Below are positions 9,915-20,818 of a stretch of 64,000 nt of DNA, piece after piece; the stretch's first letter is position 1; each line of letters begins with the position of its first letter. Below the pieces are notes generated by a model. The model worked only from the letters and a program-made list of their open reading frames with translations. It was not told where the DNA came from and made no database searches. The translations under genes were made by a program, and so were the position numbers. The DNA is from Ignavibacteriota bacterium (GTDB lineage Bacteria > Bacteroidota > Ignavibacteria > Palsa-1295), in contig CAWBEI010000005.1 in the NCBI GenBank assembly GCA_963787835.1, positions 160,001-224,000 on the forward strand. Direction: 5' to 3'.

Positions 9915-10769
9915 CTACAAGAAACTATGAAACGTAGTACCGACCCAATTTACGATCGTCATGGATATAATGGTGAGGGCAAAGCCAGACATCCAAAAGA
10001 GCACAAGCCGACGGCCCTCGACATGCATGACTCTGCGGACAAGAAGAGTCGCACCGAAAACAAACCAGACCAGTAGCGTTGTCAGAACTTTCGGATCCAC
10101 AAAGAACTGCGAGGCGCTCACGTTGAGAGGAATTTTTGAGTAAAGAAGGACCCCAAGCGCGATCGAGAGTGTCAGAAAAATAAATCCGAATGTGGTTGCT
10201 CGAAGGCCATAGCGTTCCAATCGCTCCAGGCTTGGGACATGCTCGAAGATCGCGCCGTATTGGTTCTGGCGAATAGCGCGAAACAGGAGTAGATACAATC
10301 CGCCATAGATCGCCGCGAGCATCAATGCGGCATAACCAAAAACGGAAGTAGTCACATGCAAATTGAAGATGGGATCTCGCAGGATCGCTGCTGTTTCTGG
10401 TGCCTGCGAACTGCCGATAGCGAGCGAAGAAACCAATTGCAGCAGGAAGCACACCGTCGTCACGAAAAAGCCAGTGCCGGAGGTTTCCTGCGAAGTTCGC
10501 AACTCTGCAAATACATAGACAGCGAGCAAGGTGAATGCAATGAGGGAGAACAACTCGAATACCGTAGCGACGAGATCGTGATGATACTCCGCCGTATAGA
10601 CGCTAATATAAACAGCATGGAGCCCGAGCACCACATAGGCGGCTGGCACAGCAAGCTTCAGACGCTGAACCTGGTTGAGTGACCGAAAAAATGTACGAGC
10701 AAAATAGAACGTCAGCCCGCCATAAACTACGGGCAGGAGCACCCGAAGTAGTGTTACGAGATAATCCAT
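9915..10769 (-). CDS. Cytochrome c assembly protein, CcsA/HemX-like
   Basis: About 8 TM helices, FNLHVTTSVFGY, PSLERLE, DPKVLTT, C-terminal FHSF; directly upstream of hemA. Confidence 0.8.
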   Translation of the reverse strand: MDYLVTLLRVLLPVVYGGLTFYFARTFFRSLNQVQRLKLAVPAAYVVLGLHAVYISVYTAEYHHDLVATVFELFSLIAFTLLAVYVFAELRTSQETSGTGFFVTTVCFLLQLVSSLAIGSSQAPETAAILRDPIFNLHVTTSVFGYAALMLAAIYGGLYLLLFRAIRQNQYGAIFEHVPSLERLERYGLRATTFGFIFLTLSIALGVLLYSKIPLNVSASQFFVDPKVLTTLLVWFVFGATLLVRRVMHVEGRRLVLFWMSGFALTIISMTIVNWVGTTFHSFL

Positions 10770-10838
10770 TCTATGATTTTAACAGGGTGCAAGATCGAAA
10801 CATTCGGTTTGGAAGACCTTTGAATAAAAACATCACAT

Positions 10839-11630
10839 TCAAGAGTCCTGAACTTTTTTTTCAAGCCTTTCCTCCTTTAATTCGAGGGTCCCCTGGGCAG
10901 CGATCGCACCAAACGTAGTTGGGCTGCCTTTCAAGATCCATTCGAATGCAACACCGATGAGTGCGCCAAGCAGAGGTCCAACAATGTAGATCCATCCGGT
11001 GCTCAGATCCCCGCAAAGAATATCAGGAGCAAGCGATCGGATCGGATTCATGGACGCACCGGTGACCGGCGCGGACCACAATCCCGCCAATGCAATATAT
11101 CCTCCAACGGCAATGGCTCCGTTGGTGCCGATGTTTCGCGCGCCGGAGGCAGTCCCCAGGATCACGCTTACAAGGCCAGCCGTGAGCATGGTTTCGACCA
11201 GCAGGGCATTTGTCGGAGTAATACCTTGGCCCGGAACTGTGGCACCGTGGGAAACAACATCTCCAAATATGATCTTCAGGAAATAGACAGCACCCAGCGC
11301 ACCTGCGGCCTGTGCCCCTAAGTACCCCGGCACCCGCCGCCACGGGAAATTTCTCCTCACAGCGAAGGCGAATGTGACCGCTGGGTTCAGGTGGGCGCCG
11401 CTTACGGTTCCCATGAAATAAATGATCGCCATCACCATCAATCCTGGTGCTACGACCGCCATGGCAATCGAGACACCACCATGGCTCCAATAGGCAACCG
11501 TTCCACCTCCTACCGCAGCGGTTACTAAAAGAAATGTGCCCCACAGTTCGGAAAATAATCTCCTGCCCTCAAGGGCATTATTTAGAAAATCTTCCAGGGT
11601 CGAAGTGGATTCAGGTTTTAGGTATTTCAT
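10839..11630 (-). CDS. Aquaporin (MIP family)
   Basis: SGAHLNPAVT and GASMNPIRS (NPA/NPI boxes). Confidence 0.93.
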   Translation of the reverse strand: MKYLKPESTSTLEDFLNNALEGRRLFSELWGTFLLVTAAVGGGTVAYWSHGGVSIAMAVVAPGLMVMAIIYFMGTVSGAHLNPAVTFAFAVRRNFPWRRVPGYLGAQAAGALGAVYFLKIIFGDVVSHGATVPGQGITPTNALLVETMLTAGLVSVILGTASGARNIGTNGAIAVGGYIALAGLWSAPVTGASMNPIRSLAPDILCGDLSTGWIYIVGPLLGALIGVAFEWILKGSPTTFGAIAAQGTLELKEERLEKKVQDS

Positions 11631-11810
11631 TTTTTCAGTTTGGAAAGTGCTGACGTTCGAAAAGAGTTCTCGATCTACGGCCCTGCAAAATGGTTAGAAT
11701 GCCATAAATAAAGTGGATGGTCCTTAATTTACGTATTTTTGTCATGAATTCGCAATAGTGTGAATCCCTTCACGGCCTCTTAAACAAATAGATCTATAGG
11801 AAATTAACTT

Positions 11811-12311
11811 ATGAAAACATCTTTCTATACTTTTTCGAAACGAGTTACATTCACAATTGCTGTACTCTTTATTTCAGCTCTATCCATCCAGGCTGGTCAT
11901 GTTCAGGGTAAGGCATCGATCCGGCCTACTGCCGGAACTACTCCGGTTGTTGGTGCTACGGTCACGCTAACGCCGGTTCCGGGTACAGGTTCCGCGACTT
12001 CACCGACGACCGCGACAACCACCTCCAACGGCAGCTTCAGTCTGGCTGGTTTGAAGACAGGACATTACACTTTAACGATCACTCCGGCAGTGGTTTATAC
12101 CAAGTCTGGCCAGGCTGCCAATCAACTTCCTTTCCAGGTATGGGCAAATTTTAATATGTTGAAGGGATTGACCGTAAATAACATTCTTGCGAACACTGCC
12201 CCTACTGGGCCGATTGCATTTATGAGCAATGGGTCATTAAATGTCATTGCGTTCGCGTTTGGCAACCCCCACAACGCCACTACAACGATCACCGGTACGC
12301 TGACGAGATAA
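11811..12311 (+). CDS. Secreted Thr-rich protein with carboxypeptidase-regulatory/Cna-B-like fold
   Basis: Signal peptide; PVVGATVTL...TATTTSNGSFSLAGLKTGHYTLTI. Confidence 0.65.
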   Translation: MKTSFYTFSKRVTFTIAVLFISALSIQAGHVQGKASIRPTAGTTPVVGATVTLTPVPGTGSATSPTTATTTSNGSFSLAGLKTGHYTLTITPAVVYTKSGQAANQLPFQVWANFNMLKGLTVNNILANTAPTGPIAFMSNGSLNVIAFAFGNPHNATTTITGTLTR

Positions 12312-12333
12312 CCTCGATACTATAGGGCGGTTC

Positions 12334-14331
12334 TTATTCCTCTTCCCCGGCTCGTAATCTCTCAAGCACTGAGAAATCTTCCAGCGTAGTGGTGTCGCCG
12401 GCAACAGAGCCTGTCGAGGCGAGTTCGCGTAGCAGTCGGCGCATGATCTTGCCAGAGCGGGTTTTGGGCAGGGCATCGGTAAAGCGGATCTCGTCCGGTT
12501 TCGCGATGGAGCCGATCATTTCGCCGACATGGTTGCGGAGTTTTTCCTTGAGCACTTCATCCGCATTCCATCCTTTCTTCAGCGTAACGAACGCGACGAG
12601 CGCAGATCCTTTGATCTCATCCGGTCTCCCAACGACGGCTGCTTCTGCAACCGTTTCATGTCCGACGAGCGCACTTTCTACTTCCATCGTTCCCAATCGG
12701 TGACCGCTGACGTTTATCACGTCATCGACACGTCCCATGATCCAGAAATATCCGTTCTTATCGCGGCGCGCGCCATCGCCGGTGAAATACAGTCCGGGAT
12801 AATCCGAAAAATACTGTTTCTCAAAGCGCTCTGGGTCTTTATAGATACCGCGCAGCATGGAAGGCCATGGCTTCTTGATGATAAGGTAACCGCCTTCGTC
12901 GGGCTTGCATGTGGAACCATCTTTTCGAACTACCTCTGGCTCGATCCCGAAGAATGGAAGCGTTGCAGAACCAGGCCGCGTTGGAGTCGCTCCGGGAATC
13001 GGGGAGATCATGATGGCTCCCGTTTCCGTTTGCCACCAGGTATCGACAATGGGGCACTGAGTTTTGCCGATCACACGATGATACCACATCCAGGCTTCCG
13101 GATTGATCGGCTCGCCAACAGAACCAAGCAATCGCAATGAAGACATATCGTGCTTGTTCGGATGCTCATCTCCCGCGCGAATAAATGCACGAATGGCTGT
13201 TGGTGCCGTGTAGAAAATAGTTACGCCATGCCGTTCGATGATGTCCCAGAAGCGATCGGGAGCAGGGTAAGTTGGAGCGCCTTCATACATCACGACCGTC
13301 GCGCCATTGGAGAGCGGACCATAGAGAACGTAACTGTGTCCCGTTACCCAGCCTACGTCAGCCGAGCACCAATACACATCTTCGTCACGAATGTCGAAAA
13401 TGTATTTCATCGTCAGATGTGTACCGAGTAAATATCCTGCGGTAGTGTGAACGATTCCCTTGGGCTTGCCGGTCGTGCCGGAGGTGTAGAGGATGTAAAG
13501 AGGGTGTTCTGAGTCAAGCGGAACGGCGGGGCAATCGGCGCTTGCTTCCGCCATCGTATCGTGCCACCACACATCACGGCCGGCAAACATTTCGACATCA
13601 TTCCCCGTCCTGCGTAGCACAAGAACTTTTTCTACCGTTGGACATCCACCGGTAATGGCGTCATCGACTTTCTTCTTCAGTTCCACGATCGCTCCACGGC
13701 GGAATGTGCCGTCGGCAGTGATGATGACTTTAGCCTCGAAATCATTTACACGGTCGCGAATGGCTTCGGAGGAAAAGCCACCGAAGATAACGGAGTGCGT
13801 AGCACCGATTCGCGCACAGGCCAGCACAGCAGTGGCAAGTTCTGGCGTCATGCCCATATAGATAGCAACGCGATCTCCGGTCCTTACACCAAGAGATTTT
13901 AGTACATTTGCTGCTTTCGATACTTCTCGATGAAGTTGAGCGTATGTCAATGTTCGCTGCTCGAAATTTTCTCCCTCCCAGATAATTGCGGCTTTATTCT
14001 TCCGCGAAGTGGATAGATGACGGTCGAGGCAATTATAGCTAGCATTGATCTTTCCGCCGATGAACCACTTAGCAAACGTGGCTTTCCACTCAAGCACTTT
14101 TCGCCATTTCTTGAACCAATGAAGTTCCTCCGCCTGCTTTGCGAAGAATTTCTCCGGATCTTTAATGCTGGCGCGATACAGCTTCTCATATTGCGCCATC
14201 GAAGGAATTCGAGCGCGTTCTGAAAACTGCTTGCTCGGCTTGAAGAGACGCTTCTCGCCGAGATTCGATTCGATCGAAGTGGAATGGTGACCGGATTTTG
14301 ACGATTTCTTTTGTGTCGTTGATTTTGCCAT
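12334..14331 (-). CDS. acs: Acetyl-CoA synthetase
   Basis: [36 protein letters not shown]. Confidence 0.97.
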   Translation of the reverse strand: MAKSTTQKKSSKSGHHSTSIESNLGEKRLFKPSKQFSERARIPSMAQYEKLYRASIKDPEKFFAKQAEELHWFKKWRKVLEWKATFAKWFIGGKINASYNCLDRHLSTSRKNKAAIIWEGENFEQRTLTYAQLHREVSKAANVLKSLGVRTGDRVAIYMGMTPELATAVLACARIGATHSVIFGGFSSEAIRDRVNDFEAKVIITADGTFRRGAIVELKKKVDDAITGGCPTVEKVLVLRRTGNDVEMFAGRDVWWHDTMAEASADCPAVPLDSEHPLYILYTSGTTGKPKGIVHTTAGYLLGTHLTMKYIFDIRDEDVYWCSADVGWVTGHSYVLYGPLSNGATVVMYEGAPTYPAPDRFWDIIERHGVTIFYTAPTAIRAFIRAGDEHPNKHDMSSLRLLGSVGEPINPEAWMWYHRVIGKTQCPIVDTWWQTETGAIMISPIPGATPTRPGSATLPFFGIEPEVVRKDGSTCKPDEGGYLIIKKPWPSMLRGIYKDPERFEKQYFSDYPGLYFTGDGARRDKNGYFWIMGRVDDVINVSGHRLGTMEVESALVGHETVAEAAVVGRPDEIKGSALVAFVTLKKGWNADEVLKEKLRNHVGEMIGSIAKPDEIRFTDALPKTRSGKIMRRLLRELASTGSVAGDTTTLEDFSVLERLRAGEEE

Positions 14332-14335
14332 AGCA

Positions 14336-14343
14336 CAAAATTA
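14336..14343 (-). promoter_or_regulatory. Bacteroidota-type -7 promoter element TAATTTTG, 4 nt before the acs ATG
   Basis: + strand caaaatta; matches the TAnnTTTG consensus. Confidence 0.55.
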
Positions 14344-14384
14344 CGAAATGCCGAGCACAGCACCAATAAGAGCGGCTCTTTATA

Positions 14385-14882
14385 TTATTGGGGCAGTATA
14401 AGTCGCATTTCGTTCGTGGGTGAAAAGCCCAGCGATTCATAAAGCGGTTTTCCGAACTGGCTTGCATGAAGGGCGATAATATCCACACCATTCGAATGGC
14501 ACCAGTCAATAGCTGTTTGCGTCAGAAGGCGCGCCAGACCTAATTTCCTATGTTTTGGGTCGGTGAAAACATTTAGTAGGTATCCGCGAAGGGACGATTT
14601 TGAACGAAGCGTGGGTATCCAGTTTTGAAGCCAAAGTCCGATTCCGGATACCACTTGTCCTTCTGGAGAGACCGCTATCCAACCGAGATATTCGCCCGAT
14701 CTCATAAGTGGAATCACCCATTGTTCGAACGCGGCGAGAGTTGTTTCAAGCAATGTCATATCTCCTGCACCGATCTCGATTAACATTCCACGCCGATGCT
14801 CAACCATTGCTTTGATGTCATCCAGAGTGGCGTGTCGAATCGAATAATTCAAAGAACGATCTTTTAGCGTTGAATCTGTCAT
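14385..14882 (-). CDS. GNAT family N-acetyltransferase
   Basis: GYLLNVFTDPKHRKLGLARLL...LHASQFGKPLYESLGF. Confidence 0.9.
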   Translation of the reverse strand: MTDSTLKDRSLNYSIRHATLDDIKAMVEHRRGMLIEIGAGDMTLLETTLAAFEQWVIPLMRSGEYLGWIAVSPEGQVVSGIGLWLQNWIPTLRSKSSLRGYLLNVFTDPKHRKLGLARLLTQTAIDWCHSNGVDIIALHASQFGKPLYESLGFSPTNEMRLILPQ

Positions 14883-14903
14883 ATACAAAATTACGAAGGA
14901 GGA

Positions 14904-15395
14904 TCACTTCCTGCTATTAACCATCGAAAGAACGAATGCTCCAACGATGAGGAGCATGTTAGCGCTTACGAGAGCGGTGTATCTGTGGTGAAGGGAATCA
15001 AATTCGTTCTTCGCTTGGATATATTGCGTCGTTTGCTGGGGATGATCGAAATCGCCGATGGTGGAACGCAGGACATTCATTCGATTGGTAGTATGAGTGG
15101 AATAAGTCCAAAGAATGATCGTTGCAATTAAGATCGCGGCTGTTTCGACGATTCGCAGGGTTCGAGTTCCATCGTTCCAATTCAAAAGGAGTAGGACAAT
15201 GGAAGAAAGAAGAGCCACAATAGCACACACCCACTCGATATTATTCATCCTCCCAAGGATAACACCGTTTATGGATCCCGCAAGTGTTCTTGAAGATAAT
15301 TGCTGGAAGATAGGGCCAGCGACCGCATAGCCCAACATAATGAGTGCCCCGAGCCAAACGCCGAGCGAAAGAGTTTTGAGAATTGAAAGGATCAT
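14904..15395 (-). CDS. DUF4149-type membrane protein
   Basis: 4 TM helices, VWLGAL...VAGPIF..., EFDSLHHRY. Confidence 0.75.
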   Translation of the reverse strand: MILSILKTLSLGVWLGALIMLGYAVAGPIFQQLSSRTLAGSINGVILGRMNNIEWVCAIVALLSSIVLLLLNWNDGTRTLRIVETAAILIATIILWTYSTHTTNRMNVLRSTIGDFDHPQQTTQYIQAKNEFDSLHHRYTALVSANMLLIVGAFVLSMVNSRK

Positions 15396-15524
15396 GCTAT
15401 TAAAACGATAAATGAAGGTATAGGGGTTCAGCGGTCAACAAGATTACTTCTGATGTTGTGATCGCAGGAATCCCAAATAGATGCTCTCGTGTTCGAGGGG
15501 TGCTTTTTACTTGGAATGCACATT

Positions 15525-16457
15525 ATGTCCGACTCTGTCTTAACCCTCGAAAACGTTACTAAAAATTATGGCCGGAAGGTTGCGGTCGATGCCGTTTCGC
15601 TTGCGGTGTCAGGCGGCAGCATTTTCGGTCTGCTTGGCCCGAATGGTGCTGGCAAGACCTCGACCATCCGTATGATAACTGGCATCACGCTGCCGGATCG
15701 CGGTTCCATTCGGTTATTCGGCGAATCCCAGCGCGAAGATCATCAGAATCAAATTGGCTATATGCCGGAAGAGCGCGGACTGTACCGAAAGCTCACCGTT
15801 CGCAATCAACTCGAATATCTCGGCGCGCTGAAAGGATTAGATTCTCATGCTCTGAAAACGGCTATCGACTATTGGCTCGATCGTTTTGAGATCAGGTCGT
15901 GGGAGAAGAAGAAAACTTCTGATCTGTCGAAGGGCATGCAGCAAAAGGTGCAGTTCATTCTCACGCTTTTGCACGATCCCGCACTGCTTGTGCTCGACGA
16001 ACCACTTTCGGGACTCGATCCGGTGAATGCTGAGCTTATCAATGAAGTGATCCTTGAACTTCGCGGGCGCGGCAAGACGATCATTCTTTCCACGCACCGT
16101 ATGGAGCAAGTTGAGCAGCTTTGTGATGAGATCGCGATGATGAACGATGGCAAGATCGTTCTCGCCGGGAAAGTCCGCGAGCTGAAGGCTCGTTCGGGAC
16201 GCAAGCTTGTCTCGATGCGGTTTACCGGCGATGCTACATTCCTGCGAACGTATGGCGATGAGCGAGTGAGGATATTAGAGAATACTCCAAATGAGATACT
16301 CATGGAGATAGGTACTTCCGAAAAACCAGGTGATTTGCTAAAACAAGTTGCGGAATATCTCGATATTCAAAAATGGGAGATCGTCGAGCCGCCGATAAAA
16401 GAACTGTTCCTGGAAGCCATCGCCGCCAAACCTGAAACTGCCACTATGCTTGCCTAA
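15525..16457 (+). CDS. ABC exporter ATP-binding subunit (NatA/YhaQ-like)
   Basis: GPNGAGKTS, LSKGMQQK, LLVLDEPLSGLDP. Confidence 0.93.
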   Translation: MSDSVLTLENVTKNYGRKVAVDAVSLAVSGGSIFGLLGPNGAGKTSTIRMITGITLPDRGSIRLFGESQREDHQNQIGYMPEERGLYRKLTVRNQLEYLGALKGLDSHALKTAIDYWLDRFEIRSWEKKKTSDLSKGMQQKVQFILTLLHDPALLVLDEPLSGLDPVNAELINEVILELRGRGKTIILSTHRMEQVEQLCDEIAMMNDGKIVLAGKVRELKARSGRKLVSMRFTGDATFLRTYGDERVRILENTPNEILMEIGTSEKPGDLLKQVAEYLDIQKWEIVEPPIKELFLEAIAAKPETATMLA

Positions 16458-16463
16458 CCGGAT

Positions 16464-17744
16464 ATGAATAAAACAATAATAGTTCTAAAGCACGAATTTC
16501 TGATCAAGGTAAAGTCCCGTGCCTTTATTGTCATGACGCTCATTGGCCCATTGCTGATGGGAGCCATTATCATTCTACCTGCGTATTTTTCTGCCACGAA
16601 TAGTGGCGATGTGCGCCATTTAGTAGTGATCGATAGCACGGGGAGATTGGCGCAATCGATGATCGCACAGTCTCACGACACCGCGAGCGATTTTCTTTCC
16701 AAGCAATTTTCTACGAACGTAACGCTTGAAAGCGTAATGCCTGGTCCGAATGTGAAGGACTCGCTCGGGAAACTCGTCGAAGCGAAACTACTAACGGGAT
16801 ACATGACCATCCCTGCGAATGCTATACAGGATAGTGCCAGCACTGCGCAGATCAAGCTTCACAATCCGAGCGATATATCTTCGGTTTCATTCCTGAAGGA
16901 TTCTTATCTTAAAGCTATTCGTGATGCGAAGCTTGGCGCGCGCGGGATCGATCCCAACATGGTTACGAATGTCGAGTCGGGCGTTCATGTCGAGACAGTT
17001 AAGCTCGAAGCTGGCTCCGAGAAGAAAGACAGCGGCGACACGGGAATGATCATGGCGTTCGTCACGACGTTCATTCTTTACTTTTCCCTTATCATGTATG
17101 GCACGCTTATTATGAACAGCGTGATCGAGGAGAAATCGAGCAGGGTAGTGGAGTTGGTGGCTTCGAGCGTTCGGCCATTCCAGTTGCTGGTCGGCAAAGT
17201 ATTGGGCGTTGCGAGCGCGGCGCTGATTCAGGTTGGCGTTTGGGCGATCTTGCTGGTTGCACTCACGACTGTCGGCTTAACCGCAGCCAGCGCAATGCTT
17301 GGATCGGATATACTTCCCTCTATCTCGCCATTTCTATTTCTGTACTTTGTGCTGTTTTTCGTGCTCGGTTTTCTTATTTATGCAACGCTATACGCGGCTA
17401 TTGGCTCGACAGCGGAATCGGCGAGCGATGTTCAGCAAATATCTATGCCGGTCGTGATGCTGTTGGTGATCCCGTTCATCTTATTGCAAGGGGTCATTCA
17501 AAATCCATCGAGCACCAAGAGCGTGGTGCTCTCACTCATTCCTTTCTTTTCACCGATCCTCATGCTGGGGCGCATCTTTACCGAAACGCCACCGTGGTGG
17601 CAGATTGCGCTTGCGGTCGCGCTGATGATCGGAACGTTCTTCGGCTGCCTGTGGATCGCGGCACGCATTTACCGCGTGGGAATTCTTATGTATGGCAAGA
17701 AATTCAAACTCAGCGAGATCGCGAAATGGGTGCGGTATTCGTAG
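16464..17744 (+). CDS. ABC-2 type permease (NatB/YhaP-like)
   Basis: VIEEKSSRVVE, LVGKVLG, AARIYRVGILMYGK. Confidence 0.92.
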   Translation: MNKTIIVLKHEFLIKVKSRAFIVMTLIGPLLMGAIIILPAYFSATNSGDVRHLVVIDSTGRLAQSMIAQSHDTASDFLSKQFSTNVTLESVMPGPNVKDSLGKLVEAKLLTGYMTIPANAIQDSASTAQIKLHNPSDISSVSFLKDSYLKAIRDAKLGARGIDPNMVTNVESGVHVETVKLEAGSEKKDSGDTGMIMAFVTTFILYFSLIMYGTLIMNSVIEEKSSRVVELVASSVRPFQLLVGKVLGVASAALIQVGVWAILLVALTTVGLTAASAMLGSDILPSISPFLFLYFVLFFVLGFLIYATLYAAIGSTAESASDVQQISMPVVMLLVIPFILLQGVIQNPSSTKSVVLSLIPFFSPILMLGRIFTETPPWWQIALAVALMIGTFFGCLWIAARIYRVGILMYGKKFKLSEIAKWVRYS

Positions 17745-17808
17745 ATGTTGGCGGAGTTCTCTTGTCGAAAAGTACGAAACGAAAGCGGCCATGCGATGTT
17801 ATAAAAGT

Positions 17809-18030
17809 ATGCCAGTAAAAACTATATCGAAAAAGAGTATCCCCGTGAAACGTACAGTGCGGCGTAGCGTCGTGAAAAAGAGAGCGTCAACCGACCCCTT
17901 GAAAGCGCTTCTTAATGATATTGCGCAGAGCGGTTTTTCGATCCCTGCCGACCAACGTGCGCGAATTCCGCACGATTTTGCTAAAAACATGGATCACTAT
18001 CTATACGGCGCTGCCAAAGGACGCGCGTGA
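17809..18030 (+). CDS. Putative antitoxin of a PIN-domain TA pair
   Basis: Small basic ORF ending PHDFAKNMDHYLYG; stop overlaps the PIN gene start (GTGA). Confidence 0.7.
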   Translation: MPVKTISKKSIPVKRTVRRSVVKKRASTDPLKALLNDIAQSGFSIPADQRARIPHDFAKNMDHYLYGAAKGRA

Positions 18031-18443
18031 TCGAATTTTTTGCGGACACCTCCTATTGGATCGCGCTGCAGTTGCCCGAAGACGGTTTGCATCGTTCGGC
18101 AGTCAAACTTTTTGAAGCAATGCCTGATGGAAGCCGGCTCATCACTTCTGAATTGGTAATGGTAGAGTTCCTAAACCACATGAGCCGCGCGGGGCACGGT
18201 GTTCGGAAGCAAGCGGCCGAGACATGGACAAAAATAGAAAAAAGTTCACGTATCGATCTTGTGCCATCGACAGAGGATTTGCTCGGGCAAGCGCGGTTTA
18301 TGTTTGAGAATTTGGTTGATAAATCATGGTCGCTCACCGATTGTGCATCTATCATTATTATGCGCCGCAAGAAAATAAATGAAGTATTATCCTCTGACCA
18401 CCATTTTGAACAGGCAGGACTTCGAGCCCTTATGCGTTCCTAA
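18027..18443 (+). CDS. vapC: PIN-domain (VapC-like) toxin
   Basis: FADTSYWIAL...VMVEFLN...SLTDCAS...LSSDHHFEQAG. Confidence 0.9.
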   Translation: MIEFFADTSYWIALQLPEDGLHRSAVKLFEAMPDGSRLITSELVMVEFLNHMSRAGHGVRKQAAETWTKIEKSSRIDLVPSTEDLLGQARFMFENLVDKSWSLTDCASIIIMRRKKINEVLSSDHHFEQAGLRALMRS

Positions 18444-18449
18444 CGAGGA

Positions 18450-20591
18450 TCATTGTAATACGATCGGGACTCGCTCCACACTTCCATTCATTCGCACAAT
18501 AGCCCAATACGCTCCCGGAGGCATGTTAGCGGCGTTCCAGGTGAAGGTATGCTCGCCGGCAGATAGCTCACCCTCGAACAGCCGCGCAACCTCCGAGCCC
18601 AGAAGATTTACAATGCTAAATTCCGCAGCGCCGCTTTCGGGTGAGGTGAAGGTAATGGTGGTAGATTGGGTGAAGGGGTTGGGGTAGCTTTGTATTTCGT
18701 TTGAAACTGTTTGTTGTTCTGTCGAAACACTTGCCGTGACCATGTTGGAAATTGCTCTTTTCCAAACACCTGTACCGTATTGAGCAGAGTTGCCACTCTG
18801 AGTTCCAACAAAAAGCGTTGCCGACGATGGATCTGTGCCGATTGCAGCGAAGGCATTCGCAAACGAGTTAGATGGCCATCCAGAAAGCTCCGAAGTCCAT
18901 TTGGAACCGGTGTCCGTCGATAACAAAACGCTGCCGTTAGCACCAGCGAATAGATTGGAGCCAAAGGCGAACAATGAAACAACCCATATATCATTGGAGA
19001 AACCATTATTCACCGTACTCCATTCTGATCCATCGTCGGTTGACAGAGAGACGCTACTGTCATCAGAACCAGCAAAAATATTATTTCCGATAACAGCAAG
19101 CGCATCGACAAAAGGACTTGCTTTCCCTGGATTAAACAAACTGGTAGCAGACCAGTTTGAGCCATTGTTCGTCGAAAGATAAACGCCCCCAGCACATCCA
19201 GCAAAAATGTTCGAGCCGCAAACGGCGAGGGCATTTACTTCAAAGCTCTGCAAACCAGAACCAGCATTCTTCCAACTTGTACCGCTATCAGATGAGAGAA
19301 AAACTCTGCCGCTCCCCGCAGCAAAAAGATTCGTTCCGTTCGATACAAGAGAGACAATCCCCGTGCCTTGTAAGCCAGTATTAGCACCGATCCAGCTCTT
19401 GCCGCTGTCAATGGAGCGAAAAAGTCCCCCGTTAGTTCCGACAAACACGGATTTTCCCATCACCGCTAATGCGTTGACATACTCACCCGATCCGGAGTTA
19501 TCAGAGATTGTTAAGCCGGAATCTGCCTCTACCCACGTTGTCCCACTATCTATTGAACGAAACATCCCGCCTCGTTGAGTACCTGCGAAAATAATTGTGC
19601 CGATCTGGGCAAGTGCGGTAATAGTAGGAGTAGGCAAACCCTTGCTCGCTGCTGTCCAGCTTTCACCATTATCTGTCGAGCGATAAACACCGTTCCCGCC
19701 AGTTCCTGCAAAGAGACTTGAACCGGTTCCGAAAAGAGAAGAAACAGAATTAGAAGTTGTAAGCCCGTTAATCGGATGGGTCCAAGTTACGCCATTGTCT
19801 GATGAAATAAGAACACCGTTCTGATTTGTTCCGGCAAAGAGTTTTCCTCCGATCATCGCAAGACTCCATATCATGGAGTCGGTCATACCGTTATAGCTAA
19901 CATTCCAACTTTCACCTCTGTCATTCGAAATGTAAACCCCGCGATCTGTTCCTGCATAGATATTATTTTCGCTCACTAGCACGGTATTGACATCGGCAAT
20001 TCTCGGTCCGTTGCTCGTAGGGTTCCAACTAGTACCGCTATCGGTGGTTAGAAAAACGCCATCGTAAGTGCCTGCAAAAACGTCCGTCCCACTCACCGCG
20101 AGAGAGGTGACGTAATTTTCCATCAAGCCGGAATCCACTTCCATCCAATTTTTGCCACTGTCTTTCGAGCGAAAAATGCCGGCACCTCCACCGTACGCCG
20201 ATACATAAAGGTCAGTGCCGCTTGCGGTAAGTGCAGTTATCTCCATGTTCTGAGGTAAACCACTACTCGCAGCCTCCCAGGTCTTACCACTATCGATAGA
20301 TAGAAAGACTCCATTGTAGAAAGTCCCGGCAAATAGATTGTTGCCAATTACAGTGAAAGCAATGATAGGGTACTCGATGCCATTATTTGACGAAGCCCAT
20401 ATTGTGCCATTGTCAGTCGAACAATACACACCATTATCAGTACCCGCAAAGAGAATTGAGCCGATTTTGGCAAAAGCTCCAACATCTCCACCATATGGCC
20501 CATTCGTCTGAACCCATTGAGCATTTGCGCTCCTGGAGTTGAAAAACGCAAAACTTAGAACTACTAAGATTACGGCAAACTTATTTTTCAT
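18450..20591 (-). CDS. Beta-propeller (BNR/Asp-box) secreted protein with T9SS type A C-terminal domain
   Basis: Signal peptide MKNKFAVIL...AQW; many S-x-D-x-G-x-T/S-W repeats; YPNPF...T9SS CTD. Confidence 0.9.
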   Translation of the reverse strand: MKNKFAVILVVLSFAFFNSRSANAQWVQTNGPYGGDVGAFAKIGSILFAGTDNGVYCSTDNGTIWASSNNGIEYPIIAFTVIGNNLFAGTFYNGVFLSIDSGKTWEAASSGLPQNMEITALTASGTDLYVSAYGGGAGIFRSKDSGKNWMEVDSGLMENYVTSLAVSGTDVFAGTYDGVFLTTDSGTSWNPTSNGPRIADVNTVLVSENNIYAGTDRGVYISNDRGESWNVSYNGMTDSMIWSLAMIGGKLFAGTNQNGVLISSDNGVTWTHPINGLTTSNSVSSLFGTGSSLFAGTGGNGVYRSTDNGESWTAASKGLPTPTITALAQIGTIIFAGTQRGGMFRSIDSGTTWVEADSGLTISDNSGSGEYVNALAVMGKSVFVGTNGGLFRSIDSGKSWIGANTGLQGTGIVSLVSNGTNLFAAGSGRVFLSSDSGTSWKNAGSGLQSFEVNALAVCGSNIFAGCAGGVYLSTNNGSNWSATSLFNPGKASPFVDALAVIGNNIFAGSDDSSVSLSTDDGSEWSTVNNGFSNDIWVVSLFAFGSNLFAGANGSVLLSTDTGSKWTSELSGWPSNSFANAFAAIGTDPSSATLFVGTQSGNSAQYGTGVWKRAISNMVTASVSTEQQTVSNEIQSYPNPFTQSTTITFTSPESGAAEFSIVNLLGSEVARLFEGELSAGEHTFTWNAANMPPGAYWAIVRMNGSVERVPIVLQ

Positions 20592-20737
20592 AGGCGTATA
20601 AATGAAAATATGGCAAAAAGACTTTTCCCAAACAAGGGGTGATGAGAAAGGTGCCCGTGGGGTTCCTAATCTGCGGTAGGGTTTTATTGACGTTCTCGAT
20701 GAAACAGCGTCTTTTTCCAAAAATCTTTCAAAAACAC

Positions 20738-20792
20738 TTGACATCGTCCATTTTAGTACGTATATTAGCATTTGCTTTGATGGGCACCTGTT
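20738..20792 (+). promoter_or_regulatory. Promoter (TTGACA-N17-TATATT) followed by a GGCACC-core motif
   Basis: ttgaca 20738-20743, tatatt 20761-20766; GTATATTAG-N10-GATGGGCACC. Confidence 0.7.
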
Positions 20793-20818
20793 TCAATTAA
20801 GAATTACGAATTAAGAAT

